Positions 15,001-26,100 of a stretch of 64,000 nt of DNA are shown in pieces. Origin of the DNA: Leptogorgia sarmentosa (lineage: Eukaryota); NCBI GenBank assembly GCA_964658305.1, contig OZ210884.1:124001-188000 (forward strand). Direction: 5' to 3'. The position numbers and the translations under genes are program-made. Position 1 is the first letter of the stretch, and every line of letters starts with the position of its first letter. The notes beneath the pieces are model-generated. The model saw nothing but the letters and a program-made list of their open reading frames with translations. It did not search any database and was not told the DNA's origin.

Positions 15001-15485
15001 TTTCCGACTTGGTATGAACAAATCAAAATCATTATTATCAATGTAAACACACTCTGCAACATCGCTAGAGTGTGATTTTTTGCATTTGAAGAGTTTTAAA
15101 ATTTCAAACTTTAGTCAAATTCATGATCATTTTTGACACATTTTCCAACTTGGTATGAACAAATCAAAGTCATTATTATCAATGTAAACACACTCTGCAG
15201 CATCACTGGAGGGAGATTTTTAGCATCTGAAGCGTTTTAAAATTTCAAACATTAGTCAAAATCATGATCATTTTCGACACATTTTCCAACTTCGTACGAA
15301 CAAATCAAAATCATTGTTATCAATGAAACACGCTCTGCAACATCGCTAGAGTGTGATTTTTGGCATTTGAAGAGTTTTAAAATTTCAAACTTTAGTCAAA
15401 TTCATGATCATTTTTGACACATTTTCCAACTTGGTATGAACAAATCAAAATCATTATTATCAATGTAAACACACTCTGCAACGTC
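1..15485. repeat. 141-bp AT-rich satellite array, block 1 (about 110 head-to-tail monomers)
   Basis: The motif AAAC(A/T/G)TTAGT recurs at 11, 152, 293 and onward, giving a period of 141. Consensus: TTAAAATTTCAAACATTAGTCAAAATCATGATCATTTTCGACACATTTTCCAACTTGGTATGAACAAATCAAAATCATTATTATCAATGTAAACACACTCTGCAACATCGCTAGAGTGTGATTTTTTGCATTTGAAGAGTT. The array runs off the window start. Confidence 0.99.
15480..15485 (+). repeat. Left copy of 6-bp target-site duplication (AACGTC)
   Basis: Satellite ...CTCTGC-AACGTC abuts AGTAGT. The right copy is AACATC (one mismatch). The uninterrupted paralogue at 9138-9143 has a single AACATC. Confidence 0.85.
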
Positions 15486-15519
15486 AGTAGTAATATAGGT
15501 ACCGATCGAGCCGGATTTT

Positions 15520-15800
15520 TGAGGTGGTGCATGAGGTGGTGCGAGGTGGTGCGAGGTGGTGCGAGGCTGCGTGAGGTGGTGCGAGGCTGCGTGAGGCTGC
15601 GTGAGGTGGTGCGAGGCTGCGTGAGGCTGCGTGAGGTGGTGCGAGGCTGCGTGAGGCTGCGTGAGGTGGTGCGAGGTGGTGCGAGGCTGCGTGAGGTGGT
15701 GCGAGGCTGCGTGAGGCTGCGTGAGGTGGTGCGAGGCTGCGTGAGGCTGCGTGAGGTGGTGCGAGGCTGCATGAGGTGGTGCACGGCGCGTGAGGCTGCG
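15520..15800 (+). repeat. GC-rich 10-bp tandem repeat (GTGAGGTGGT / GCGAGGCTGC / GTGAGGCTGC; 30-bp higher order), left arm
   Basis: GAGG recurs every 10 bp over about 28 units. Confidence 0.97.
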
Positions 15801-16210
15801 CAGGGGTGTGCAGGGGTGCGCATGCGTATTGAGGCTATGAACTCATTAGAATATCGTGTTCTGATTGGTTGAATTTTACAATTCGGATACGTAACGGGAT
15901 ACGTGTCTTGTATTTTCATTCTGGATACTGGTTGACGTTTTACATCGTGTTCTGATAGTTTGAACAGCGTTACGTTACGCTATAGGCGCGCTCAGATTCA
16001 TCTTCTTCTACGGAATCTTTTTAGCTGACGTAAAATATAGACAACACTTCCTATATTTTCAATACGAAATCTCTCTGTCTTCAGTTGCTATCCTCGTTGT
16101 TAAGTGCAAGTCATTAAGCGGTCATTAAGACTAAATTTGCATACTCGAAGTAATTAAAATTGTACATTACATCGCGCGGGCGTTTGCAGGAACACAAATT
16201 TCATTTTAAA
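15801..16210. promoter_or_regulatory. Unique ~410-bp segment with clustered transcription-factor-like motifs (mirrored at 19397-19806)
   Basis: TGCGCATGCGTA (NRF1-like) 15817-15828; CTGATTGGTT (reverse CCAAT box) 15861-15870; TGACGT (CRE half-site) near 15933 and 16026; GTCATTAAG twice at 16110-16129; octamer ATTTGCAT 16135-16142; ATCGTGTTCTGAT repeated at 15853 and 15944. These are motif matches only and function is untested. Confidence 0.4.
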
Positions 16211-17830
16211 TTCGATATCATTGGGATATCATTCGATATCATTGGGATATCATTTCGATATCATTGGGATATCATTCGATATCATTTGGGATATCATTCG
16301 ATATCATTGGGATATCATTCGATATCATTGGGATATCATTCGATATCATTGGGATATCATTCGATATCATTTCGATATCATTCGATATCATTTCGATATC
16401 ATTGGGATATCATTCGATATCATTTCGATATCATTGGGATATCATTCGATATCATTTCGATATCATTGGGATATCATTCGATATCATTTCGATATCATTT
16501 CGATATCATTGGGATATCATTCGATATCATTGGGATATCATTCGATATCATTTGGGATATCATTCGATATCATTGGGATATCATTCGATATCATTGGGAT
16601 ATCATTCGATATCATTTCGATATCATTCGATATCATTTCGATATCATTTCGATATCATTCGATATCATTTCGATATCATTGGGATATCATTCGATATCAT
16701 TTCGATATCATTCGATATCATTTCGATATCATTGGGATATCATTCGATATCATTTCGATATCATTGGGATATCATTCGATATCATTTCGATATCATTTCG
16801 ATATCATTGGGATATCATTCGATATCATTGGGATATCATTCGATATCATTTGGGATATCATTCGATATCATTGGGATATCATTCGATATCATTGGGATAT
16901 CATTCGATATCATTTCGATATCATTCGATATCATTTCGATATCATTGGGATATCATTCGATATCATTTCGATATCATTTCGATATCATTCGATATCATTT
17001 CGATATCATTGGGATATCATTCGATATCATTCGATATCATTTCGATATCATTGGGATATCATTCGATATCATTTGGGATATCATTCGATATCATTTCGAT
17101 ATCATTGGGATATCATTCGATATCATTTCGATATCATTGGGATATCATTCGATATCATTTCGATATCATTCGATATCATTTCGATATCATTGGGATATCA
17201 TTCGATATCATTTCGATATCATTTCGATATCATTCGATATCATTTCGATATCATTGGGATATCATTCGATATCATTTCGATATCATTCGATATCATTTCG
17301 ATATCATTGGGATATCATTCGATATCATTTGGGATATCATTCGATATCATTCGATATCATTTCGATATCATTGGGATATCATTCGATATCATTTCGATAT
17401 CATTTCGATATCATTCGATATCATTTCGATATCATTGGGATATCATTCGATATCATTTCGATATCATTCGATATCATTTCGATATCATTGGGATATCATT
17501 CGATATCATTTCGATATCATTGGGATATCATTCGATATCATTTGGGATATCATTCGATATCATTCGATATCATTTCGATATCATTGGGATATCATTCGAT
17601 ATCATTTCGATATCATTTCGATATCATTCGATATCATTTCGATATCATTGGGATATCATTCGATATCATTTCGATATCATTCGATATCATTTCGATATCA
17701 TTGGGATATCATTCGATATCATTTCGATATCATTGGGATATCATTCGATATCATTTCGATATCATTTCGATATCATTGGGATATCATTCGATATCATTGG
17801 GATATCATTTGGGATATCATTCGATATCAT
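16211..17830 (+). repeat. GATATC-core minisatellite (10/11/11/12-bp units), left arm, roughly 150 units
   Basis: Built from GATATCATTC, GATATCATTTC, GATATCATTGG and GATATCATTTGG. Confidence 0.98.
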
Positions 17831-17858
17831 CATTTGCATGGTCGACTATTCAATTGAA
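17831..17858. other. 28-bp central spacer of the palindromic element
   Basis: CATTTGCATGGTCGACTATTCAATTGAA is the only part of the element without an inverted partner. Repeat orientation flips across it. Confidence 0.9.
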
Positions 17859-19396
17859 CCCAAATGATATCGAAATGATATCGAATGATATCCCAATGAT
17901 ATCGAATGATATCCCAATGATATCGAAATGATATCGAAATGATATCGAATGATATCCCAATGATATCGAAATGATATCGAATGATATCGAATGATATCCC
18001 AATGATATCGAATGATATCGAAATGATATCGAAATGATATCGAATGATATCCCAATGATATCGAATGATATCCCAATGATATCGAAATGATATCGAAATG
18101 ATATCGAATGATATCCCAAATGATATCGAATGATATCCCAATGATATCGAAATGATATCGAATGATATCGAAATGATATCGAATGATATCCCAATGATAT
18201 CGAAATGATATCGAATGATATCGAAATGATATCGAAATGATATCGAATGATATCCCAATGATATCGAAATGATATCGAATGATATCGAATGATATCCCAA
18301 ATGATATCGAATGATATCCCAATGATATCGAAATGATATCGAATGATATCGAATGATATCCCAATGATATCGAAATGATATCGAATGATATCGAAATGAT
18401 ATCGAAATGATATCGAATGATATCCCAATGATATCGAAATGATATCGAATGATATCGAAATGATATCGAATGATATCCCAATGATATCGAATGATATCCC
18501 AATGATATCGAATGATATCCCAAATGATATCGAATGATATCCCAATGATATCGAATGATATCCCAATGATATCGAAATGATATCGAAATGATATCGAATG
18601 ATATCCCAATGATATCGAAATGATATCGAATGATATCCCAATGATATCGAATTGATATCGAATGATATCGAAATGATATCGAATGATATCCCAATGATAT
18701 TGAAATGATATCGAATGATATCGAAATGATATCGAAATGATATCGAATGATATCGAAATGATATCGAATGATATCCCAATGATATCGAATGATATCCCAA
18801 TGATATCGAATGATATCCCAAATGATATCGAATGATATCCCAATGATATCGAATGATATCCCAATGATATCGAAATGATATCGAAATGATATCGAATGAT
18901 ATCCCAATGATATCGAAATGATATCGAATGATATCCCAATGATATCGAAATGATATCGAATGATATCCCAATGATATCGAAATGATATCGAATGATATCC
19001 CAATGATATCGAAATGATATCGAATGATATCCCAATGATATCGAAATGATATCGAATGATATCGAAATGATATCGAATGATATCCCAATGATATCGAATG
19101 ATATCCCAATGATATCGAATGATATCCCAATGATATCGAAATGATATCGAAATGATATCGAATGATATCCCAATGATATCGAAATGATATCGAATGATAT
19201 CCCAATGATATCGAAATGATATCGAATGATATCGAAATGATATCGAATGATATCCCAATGATATCGAATGATATCCCAATGATATCGAATGATATCCCAA
19301 TGATATCGAATGATATCCCAAATGATATCGAATGATATCCCAATGATATCGAAATGATATCCCAATGATATCGAATGATATCCCAATGATATCGAA
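17859..19396 (-). repeat. GATATC-core minisatellite, right arm (inverted), roughly 145 units
   Basis: Units GAATGATATC, GAAATGATATC, CCAATGATATC and CCAAATGATATC. About 80 bp shorter than the left array. Confidence 0.98.
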
Positions 19397-19806
19397 TTTA
19401 AAATGAAATTTGTGTTCCTGCAAACGCCCGCGCGATGTAATGTACAATTTTAATTACTTCGAGTATGCAAATTTAGTCTTAATGACCGCTTAATGACTTG
19501 CACTTAACAACGAGGATAGCAACTGAAGACAGAGAGATTTCGTATTGAAAATATAGGAAGTGTTGTCTATATTTTACGTCAGCTAAAAAGATTCCGTAGA
19601 AGAAGATGAATCTGAGCGCGCCTATAGCGTAACGTAACGCTGTTCAAACTATCAGAACACGATGTAAAACGTCAACCAGTATCCAGAATGAAAATACAAG
19701 ACACGTATCCCGTTACGTATCCGAATTGTAAAATTCAACCAATCAGAACACGATATTCTAATGAGTTCATAGCCTCAATACGCATGCGCACCCCTGCACA
19801 CCCCTG

Positions 19807-20087
19807 CGCAGCCTCACGCGCCGTGCACCACCTCACGCAGCCTCGCACCACCTCACGCAGCCTCATGCAGCCTCGCACCACCTCACGCAGCCTCACGCAG
19901 CCTCGCACCACCTCACGCAGCCTCGCACCACCTCGCACCACCTCACGCAGCCTCACGCAGCCTCGCACCACCTCACGCAGCCTCACGCAGCCTCGCACCA
20001 CCTCACGCAGCCTCACGCAGCCTCGCACCACCTCACGCAGCCTCGCACCACCTCGCACCACCTCGCACCACCTCATGCACCACCTCA
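19807..20087 (-). repeat. GC-rich 10-bp tandem repeat, right arm (CCTCACGCAG / CCTCGCACCA)
   Basis: Reverse complement of 15520-15800 with two substitutions. Confidence 0.97.
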
Positions 20088-20121
20088 AAAATCCGGCTCG
20101 ATCGGTACCTATATTACTACT

Positions 20122-20127
20122 AACATC
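20122..20127 (+). repeat. Right copy of 6-bp target-site duplication (AACATC)
   Basis: ACTACT-AACATC-GCTAGAGTGTG. The satellite resumes in phase. Confidence 0.85.
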
Positions 20128-23100
20128 GCTAGAGTGTGATTTTTTGCATTTGAAGAGTTTTAAAATTTCAAATTTAGTCAAATTCATGATCATTTTTCAC
20201 ACATTTTCCAACTTGGTATGAACAAATCAAAATCGTTATTATCAATGTAAACACACTCTGCAACATCGCTAGAGTGTGATTTTTTGCATTTGAAGAGTTT
20301 TAAAATTTCAAACATTAGTCAAAATCATGATCATTTTGGACACATTTTCCAACTTGGTATGAACAAATCAAAATCATTATTATCAATGTAAACACACTCT
20401 GCAACATCGCTAGAGTGTGATTTTTTGCATTTGAAAAGTTTTAAAATTTCAAACTTTAGTCAAATTCATGATCATTTTCGACACATTTTCCAACTTCGTA
20501 CGAACAAATCAAAATCATTGTTATCAATGTAAACACGCTCTGCAACATCGCTAGAGTGTGATTTTTGGCATTTGAAGAGTTTTAAAATTTCAAACTTTAG
20601 TCAAATTCATAATCATTTTTGACACATTTTCCAACTTGGTATGAACAAATCAAAATCATTATTATCAATGTAAACACACTCTGCAACATCGCTAGAGTGT
20701 GATTTTTTGCATTTGAAGAGTTTTAAAATTTCAAACTTTAGTCAAATTCATGATCATTTTTGACACATTTTCCAACTTGGTATGAACAAATCAAAGTCAT
20801 TATTATCAATGTAAACACACTCTGCAGCATCACTGGAGGGAGATTTTTAGCATCTGAAGCGTTTTAAAATTTCAAATTTAGTCAAATTCATGATCATTTT
20901 TCACACATTTTCCAACTTGGTATGAACAAATCAAAATCGTTATTATCAATGTAAACACACTCTGCAACATCGCTAGAGTGTGATTTTTTGCATTTGAAGA
21001 GTTTTAAAATTTCAAACATTAGTCAAAATCATGATCATTTTGGACACATTTTCCAACTTGGTATGAACAAATCAAAATCATTATTATCAATGTAAACACA
21101 CTCTGCAACATCGCTAGAGTGTGATTTTTTGCATTTGAAGAGTTTTAAAATTTCAAACATTAGTCAAAATCATGATCATTTTCGACACATTTTCCTACTT
21201 GGTATGAACAAATCAAAATCATTATTATCAATGTAAACGCACTCTGCAGCATCACTGGAGGGAGATTTTTAGCATCTGAAGAGTTTTAAAATTTCAAACA
21301 TTAGTCAAAATCATGATCATTTTCGACACATTTTCCAACTTGGTATGAACAAATCAAAATCATTATTATCAATGTAAACACAATCTGCAACATCGCTAGA
21401 GTGTGATTTTTTGCATTTGAAGAGTTTTAAAATTCCAAACTTTAGTCAAAATCATGATCATTTTCGACACATTTTCCAACTTCGTACGAACAAATCAAAA
21501 TCATTGTTATCAATGTAAAGACGCTCTGCAACATCGCTAGAGTGTGATTTTTGGCATTTGAAGAGTTTTAAAATTTCAAACATTAGTCAAAATCATGATC
21601 ATTTTGGACACATTTTCCAACTTGGTATGAACAAATCAAAATCATTATTATCAATGTAAACACACTCTGCAACATCGCTAGAGTGTGATTTTTTGCATTT
21701 GAAAAGTTTTCAAATTTCAAACTTTAGTCAAAATCATGATCATTTTCGACACATTTTCCAACTTCGTACGAACAAATCAAAATCATTGTTATCAATGTAA
21801 ACACGCTCTGCAACATCGCTAGAGTGTGATTTTTGGCATTTGAAGAGTTTTAAAATTTCAAACTTTTGTCAAATTCATAATCATTTTTGACACATTTTCC
21901 AACTTGGTATGAACAAATCAAAATCATTATTATCAATGTAAACACACTCTGCAACATCGCTAGAGTGTGATTTTTTGCATTTGAAGAGTTTTAAAATTTC
22001 AAACTTTAGTCAAATTCATGATCATTTTTGACACATTTTCCAACTTAGTATGAACAAATCAAAGTCATTATTATCAATGTAAACACACTCTGCAGCATCA
22101 CTGGAGGGAGATTTTTAGCATCTGAAGCGTTTTAAAATTTCAAACATTAGTCAAAATCATGATCATTTTCGACACATTTTCCAACTTCGTACGAACAAAT
22201 CAAAATCATTGTTATCAATGTAAACACGCTCTGCAACATCGCTAGAGTGTGATTTTTTGCATTTGAAGAGTTTTAAAATTTCAAACATTAGTCAAAATCA
22301 TGATCATTTTCGACACATTTTCCAACTTGGTATGAACAAATCAAAATCATTATTATCAATGTAAACACACTCTGCAACATCGCTAGAGTGTGATTTTTTG
22401 CATTTGAAGAGTTTTAAAATTTCAAACATTAGTCAAAATCATGATCATTTTGGACACATTTTCCAACTTGGTATGAACAAATCAAAATCATTATTATCAA
22501 TGTAAACACACTCTGCAACATCGCTAGAGTGTGATTTTTTGCATTTGAAAAGTTTTAAAATTTCAAACTTTAGTCAAAATCATGATCATTTTCGACACAT
22601 TTTCCAACTTCGTACGAACAAATCAAAATCATTGTTATCAATGTAAACACGCTCTGCAACATCGCTAGAGTGTGATTTTTGGCATTTGAAGAGTTTTAAA
22701 ATTTCAAACTTTTGTCAAATTCATAATCATTTTTGACACATTTTCCAACTTGGTATGAACAAATCAAAATCATTATTATCAATGTAAACACACCCTGCAA
22801 CATCGCTAGAGTGTGATTTTTTGCATTTGAAGAGTTTTAAAATTTCAAACTTTAGTCAAATTCATGATCATTTTTGACACATTTTCCAACTTGGTATGAA
22901 CAAATCAAAGTCATTATTATCAATGTAAACACACTCTGCAGCATCACTGGAGGGAGATTTTTAGCATCTGAAGCGTTTTAAAATTTCAAACATTAGTCAA
23001 AATCATGATCATTTTCGACACATTTTCCAACTTCGTACGAACAAATCAAAATCATTGTTATCAATGTAAACACGCTCTGCAACATCGCTAGAGTGTGATT

Positions 23101-26100
23101 TTTTGCATTTGAAGAGTTTTAAAATTTCAAACATTAGTCAAAATCATGATCATTTTCGACACATTTTCCAACTTGGTATGAACAAATCAAAATCATTATT
23201 ATCAATGTAAACACACTCTGCAACATCGCTAGAGTGTGATTTTTTGCATTTGAAGAGTTTTAAAATTTCAAACATTAGTCAAAATCATGATCATTTTCGA
23301 CACATTTTCCAACTTGGTATGAACAAATCAAAATCATTATTATCAATGTAAACGCACTCTGCAGCATCACTGTAGGGAGATTTTTAGCATCTGAAGAGTT
23401 TTAAAATTTCAAACATTAGTCAAAATCATGATCATTTTCGACACATTTTCCAACTTGGTATGAACAAATCAAAATCATTATTATCAATGTAAACACACTC
23501 TGCAACATCGCTAGAGTGTGATTTTTTGCATTTGAAGAGTTTTAAAATTTGCAAACTTTAGTCAAATTCATGATCATTTTTGACACATTTTCCAACTTGG
23601 TATGAACAAATCAAAGTCATTATTATCAATGTAAACACACTCTGCAGCATCACTGGAGGGAGATTTTTAGCATCTGAAGAGTTTTAAAATTTCAAACATT
23701 AGTCAAAATCATGATCATTTTCGACACATTTTCCAACTTCGTACGAACAAATCAAAATCATTGTTATCAATGTAAACACGCTCTGCAACATCGCTAGAGT
23801 GTGATTTTTGGCATTTGAAGAGTTTTAAAATTTCAAACTTTAGTCAAATTCATGATCATTTTTGACACATTTTCCAACTTGGTATGAACAAATCAAAATC
23901 ATTATTATCAATGTAAACACACTCTGCAACATCGCTAGAGTGTGATTTTTTGCATTTGAAGAGTTTTAAAATTTCAAACATTAGTCAAAATCATGATCAT
24001 TTTCGACACATTTTCCAACTTGGTATGAACAAATCAAAATCATTATTATCAATGTAAACACACTCTGCAGCATCACTGGAGGGAGATTTTTAGCATCTGA
24101 AGAATTTTAAAATTTCAAACATTAGTCAAAATCATGATCATTTTCGACACATTTTTCAACTTGGTATGAACAAATCAAAATCATTATTATCAATGTAAAC
24201 ACACTCTGCAACATCGCTAGAGTGTGATTTTTTGCATTTGAAGAGTTTTAAAATTTCAAACATTAGTCAAAATCATGATCATTTTCGACACATTTTCCAA
24301 CTTGGTATGAACAAATCAAAATCATTATTATCAATGTAAACACACTCTGCAACATCGCTAGAGTGTGATTTTTTGCATTTGAAGAGTTTTAAAATTTGCA
24401 AACTTTAGTCAAATTCATGATCATTTTTGACACATTTTCCAACTTGGTATGAACAAATCAAAATCATTATTATCAATGTAAACACACTCTGCAACATCGC
24501 TAGAGTGTGATTTTTTGCATTTGAAGAGTTTTAAAATTTCAAACATTAGTCAAAATCATGATCATTTTCGACACATTTTCCAACTTGGTATGAACAAATC
24601 AAAATCATTATTATCAATGTAAACACACTCTGCAGCATCACTGCAGGGAGATTTTTAGCATCTGAAGAATTTTAAAATTTCAAACATTAGTCAAAATCAT
24701 GATCATTTTCGACACATTTTCCAACTTGGTATGAACAAATCAAAATCATTATTATCAATGTAAACACACTCTGCAACATCGCTAGAGTGTGATTTTTTGC
24801 ATTTGAAGAGTTTTAAAATTTCAAACATTAGTCAAAATCATGATCATTTTCGACACATTTTCCAACTTGGTATGAACAAATCAAAATCATTATTATCAAT
24901 GTAAACACACTCTGCAACATCGCTAGAGTGTGATTTTTTGCATTTGAAGAGTTTTAAAATTTGCAAACTTTAGTCAAATTCATGATCATTTTTGACACAT
25001 TTTCCAACTTGGTATGAACAAATCAAAATCATTGTTATCAATGTAAAGACGCTCGGCAACATCGCTAGAGTGTGATATTTGGCATTTGAAGAGTTTTAAA
25101 ATTTCAAACTTTAGTCAAATTCATGATCATTTTTGACACATTTTCCAACTTGGTATGAACAAATCAAAATCATTATTATCAATGTAAACACACTCTGCAA
25201 CATCGCTAGAGTGTGATTTTTTGCATTTGAAGAGTTTTAAAATTTCAAACATTAGTCAAAATCATGATCATTTTCGACACATTTTCCAACTTGGTATGAA
25301 CAAATCAAAATCATTATTATCAATGTAAACAAACTCTGCAACATCGCTAGAGTGTGATTTTTGGCATTTGAAGAGTTTTAAAATTTCAAACATTAGTCAA
25401 AATCATGATCATTTTCGACACATTTTCCAACTTGGTATGAACAAATCAAAATCATTATTATCAATGTAAACGCACTCTGCAGCATCACTGGAGGGAGATT
25501 TTTAGCATCTGAAGAGTTTTAAAATTTCAAACATTAGTCAAAATCATGATCATTTTCGACACATTTTCCAACTTGGTATGAACAAATCAAAATCATTATT
25601 ATCAATGTAAACACACTCTGCAACATCGCTAGAGTGTGATTTTTTGCATTTGAAGAGTTTTAAAATTTGCAAACTTTAGTCAAATTCATGATCATTTTTG
25701 ACACATTTTCCAACTTGGTATGAACAAATCAAAGTCATTATTATCAATGTAAACACACTCTGCAGCATCACTGGAGGGAGATTTTTAGCATCTGAAGAGT
25801 TTTAAAATTTCAAACATTAGTCAAAATCATGATCATTTTCGACACATTTTCCAACTTCGTACGAACAAATCAAAATCATTGTTATCAATGTAAACACGCT
25901 CTGCAACATCGCTAGAGTGTGATTTTTGGCATTTGAAGAGTTTTAAAATTTCAAACTTTAGTCAAATTCATGATCATTTTTGACACATTTTCCAACTTGG
26001 TATGAACAAATCAAAATCATTATTATCAATGTAAACACACTCTGCAGCATCACTGGAGGGAGATTTTTTGCATTTGAAGAGTTTTAAAATTTCAAACATT

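Larger units (their letters stand above)
15486..17830 (+). repeat. Left inverted arm (~2.35 kb)
   Basis: Reverse complement of 17859-20121. Position x pairs with 35607-x as far as about 16465, after which the minisatellite unit order diverges. Confidence 0.97.
15486..20121. mobile_element. Non-autonomous, near-palindromic (foldback) DNA element with Polinton/Maverick-type ends, 4636 bp
   Basis: Begins AGTAGTAATATAGGTACCGATCGAGCCGG and ends with the exact reverse complement (...CCTATATTACTACT). It has a 6-bp TSD, and the outer ~980 bp of the two arms are colinear inverted copies. There is no coding capacity. AG...CT ends with a short terminal tandem repeat plus a 6-bp TSD are established Polinton traits, but the family call rests on the ends only. 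Confidence 0.8.
17859..20121 (-). repeat. Right inverted arm (~2.26 kb)
   Basis: Reverse complement of the left arm. The mirrored spurious ORFs in the track confirm the symmetry. Confidence 0.97.

Noticed and set aside
15520..15800. Chi sites or telomeric repeats in the G-rich block
   Set aside because: No exact GCTGGTGG and no TTAGGG-type units.
15392..15919. ORFs of 175 aa (-) and 152 aa (+), with mirrors at 19688-20221 and 19735-20193
   Set aside because: They are translations of the stop-free 30-bp GC repeat and run across the element boundary into satellite.
16160..19447. Six 497-565-aa ORFs (DIIRYH/GISF/SISL repeats)
   Set aside because: The GATATCATT(T)(C/GG) units contain no stop codon on one strand, so all three frames are open in each arm. 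Starts are TTG and there is no domain content.
15486..20121. Palindrome as a pure sequencing or assembly foldback artefact
   Set aside because: The flanking satellite keeps the same orientation and phase on both sides, a TSD and an empty paralogue exist, and the arms differ by point changes and unit order. Read-level confirmation is still advisable.
15486..20121. Classification as a Drosophila FB-type, sea-urchin TU-type, MULE or hAT foldback element
   Set aside because: The modular arms are similar, but those groups make 8-11-bp TSDs. A 6-bp TSD with AGTAGT ends fits Polintons better. Not fully excluded without the autonomous partner.
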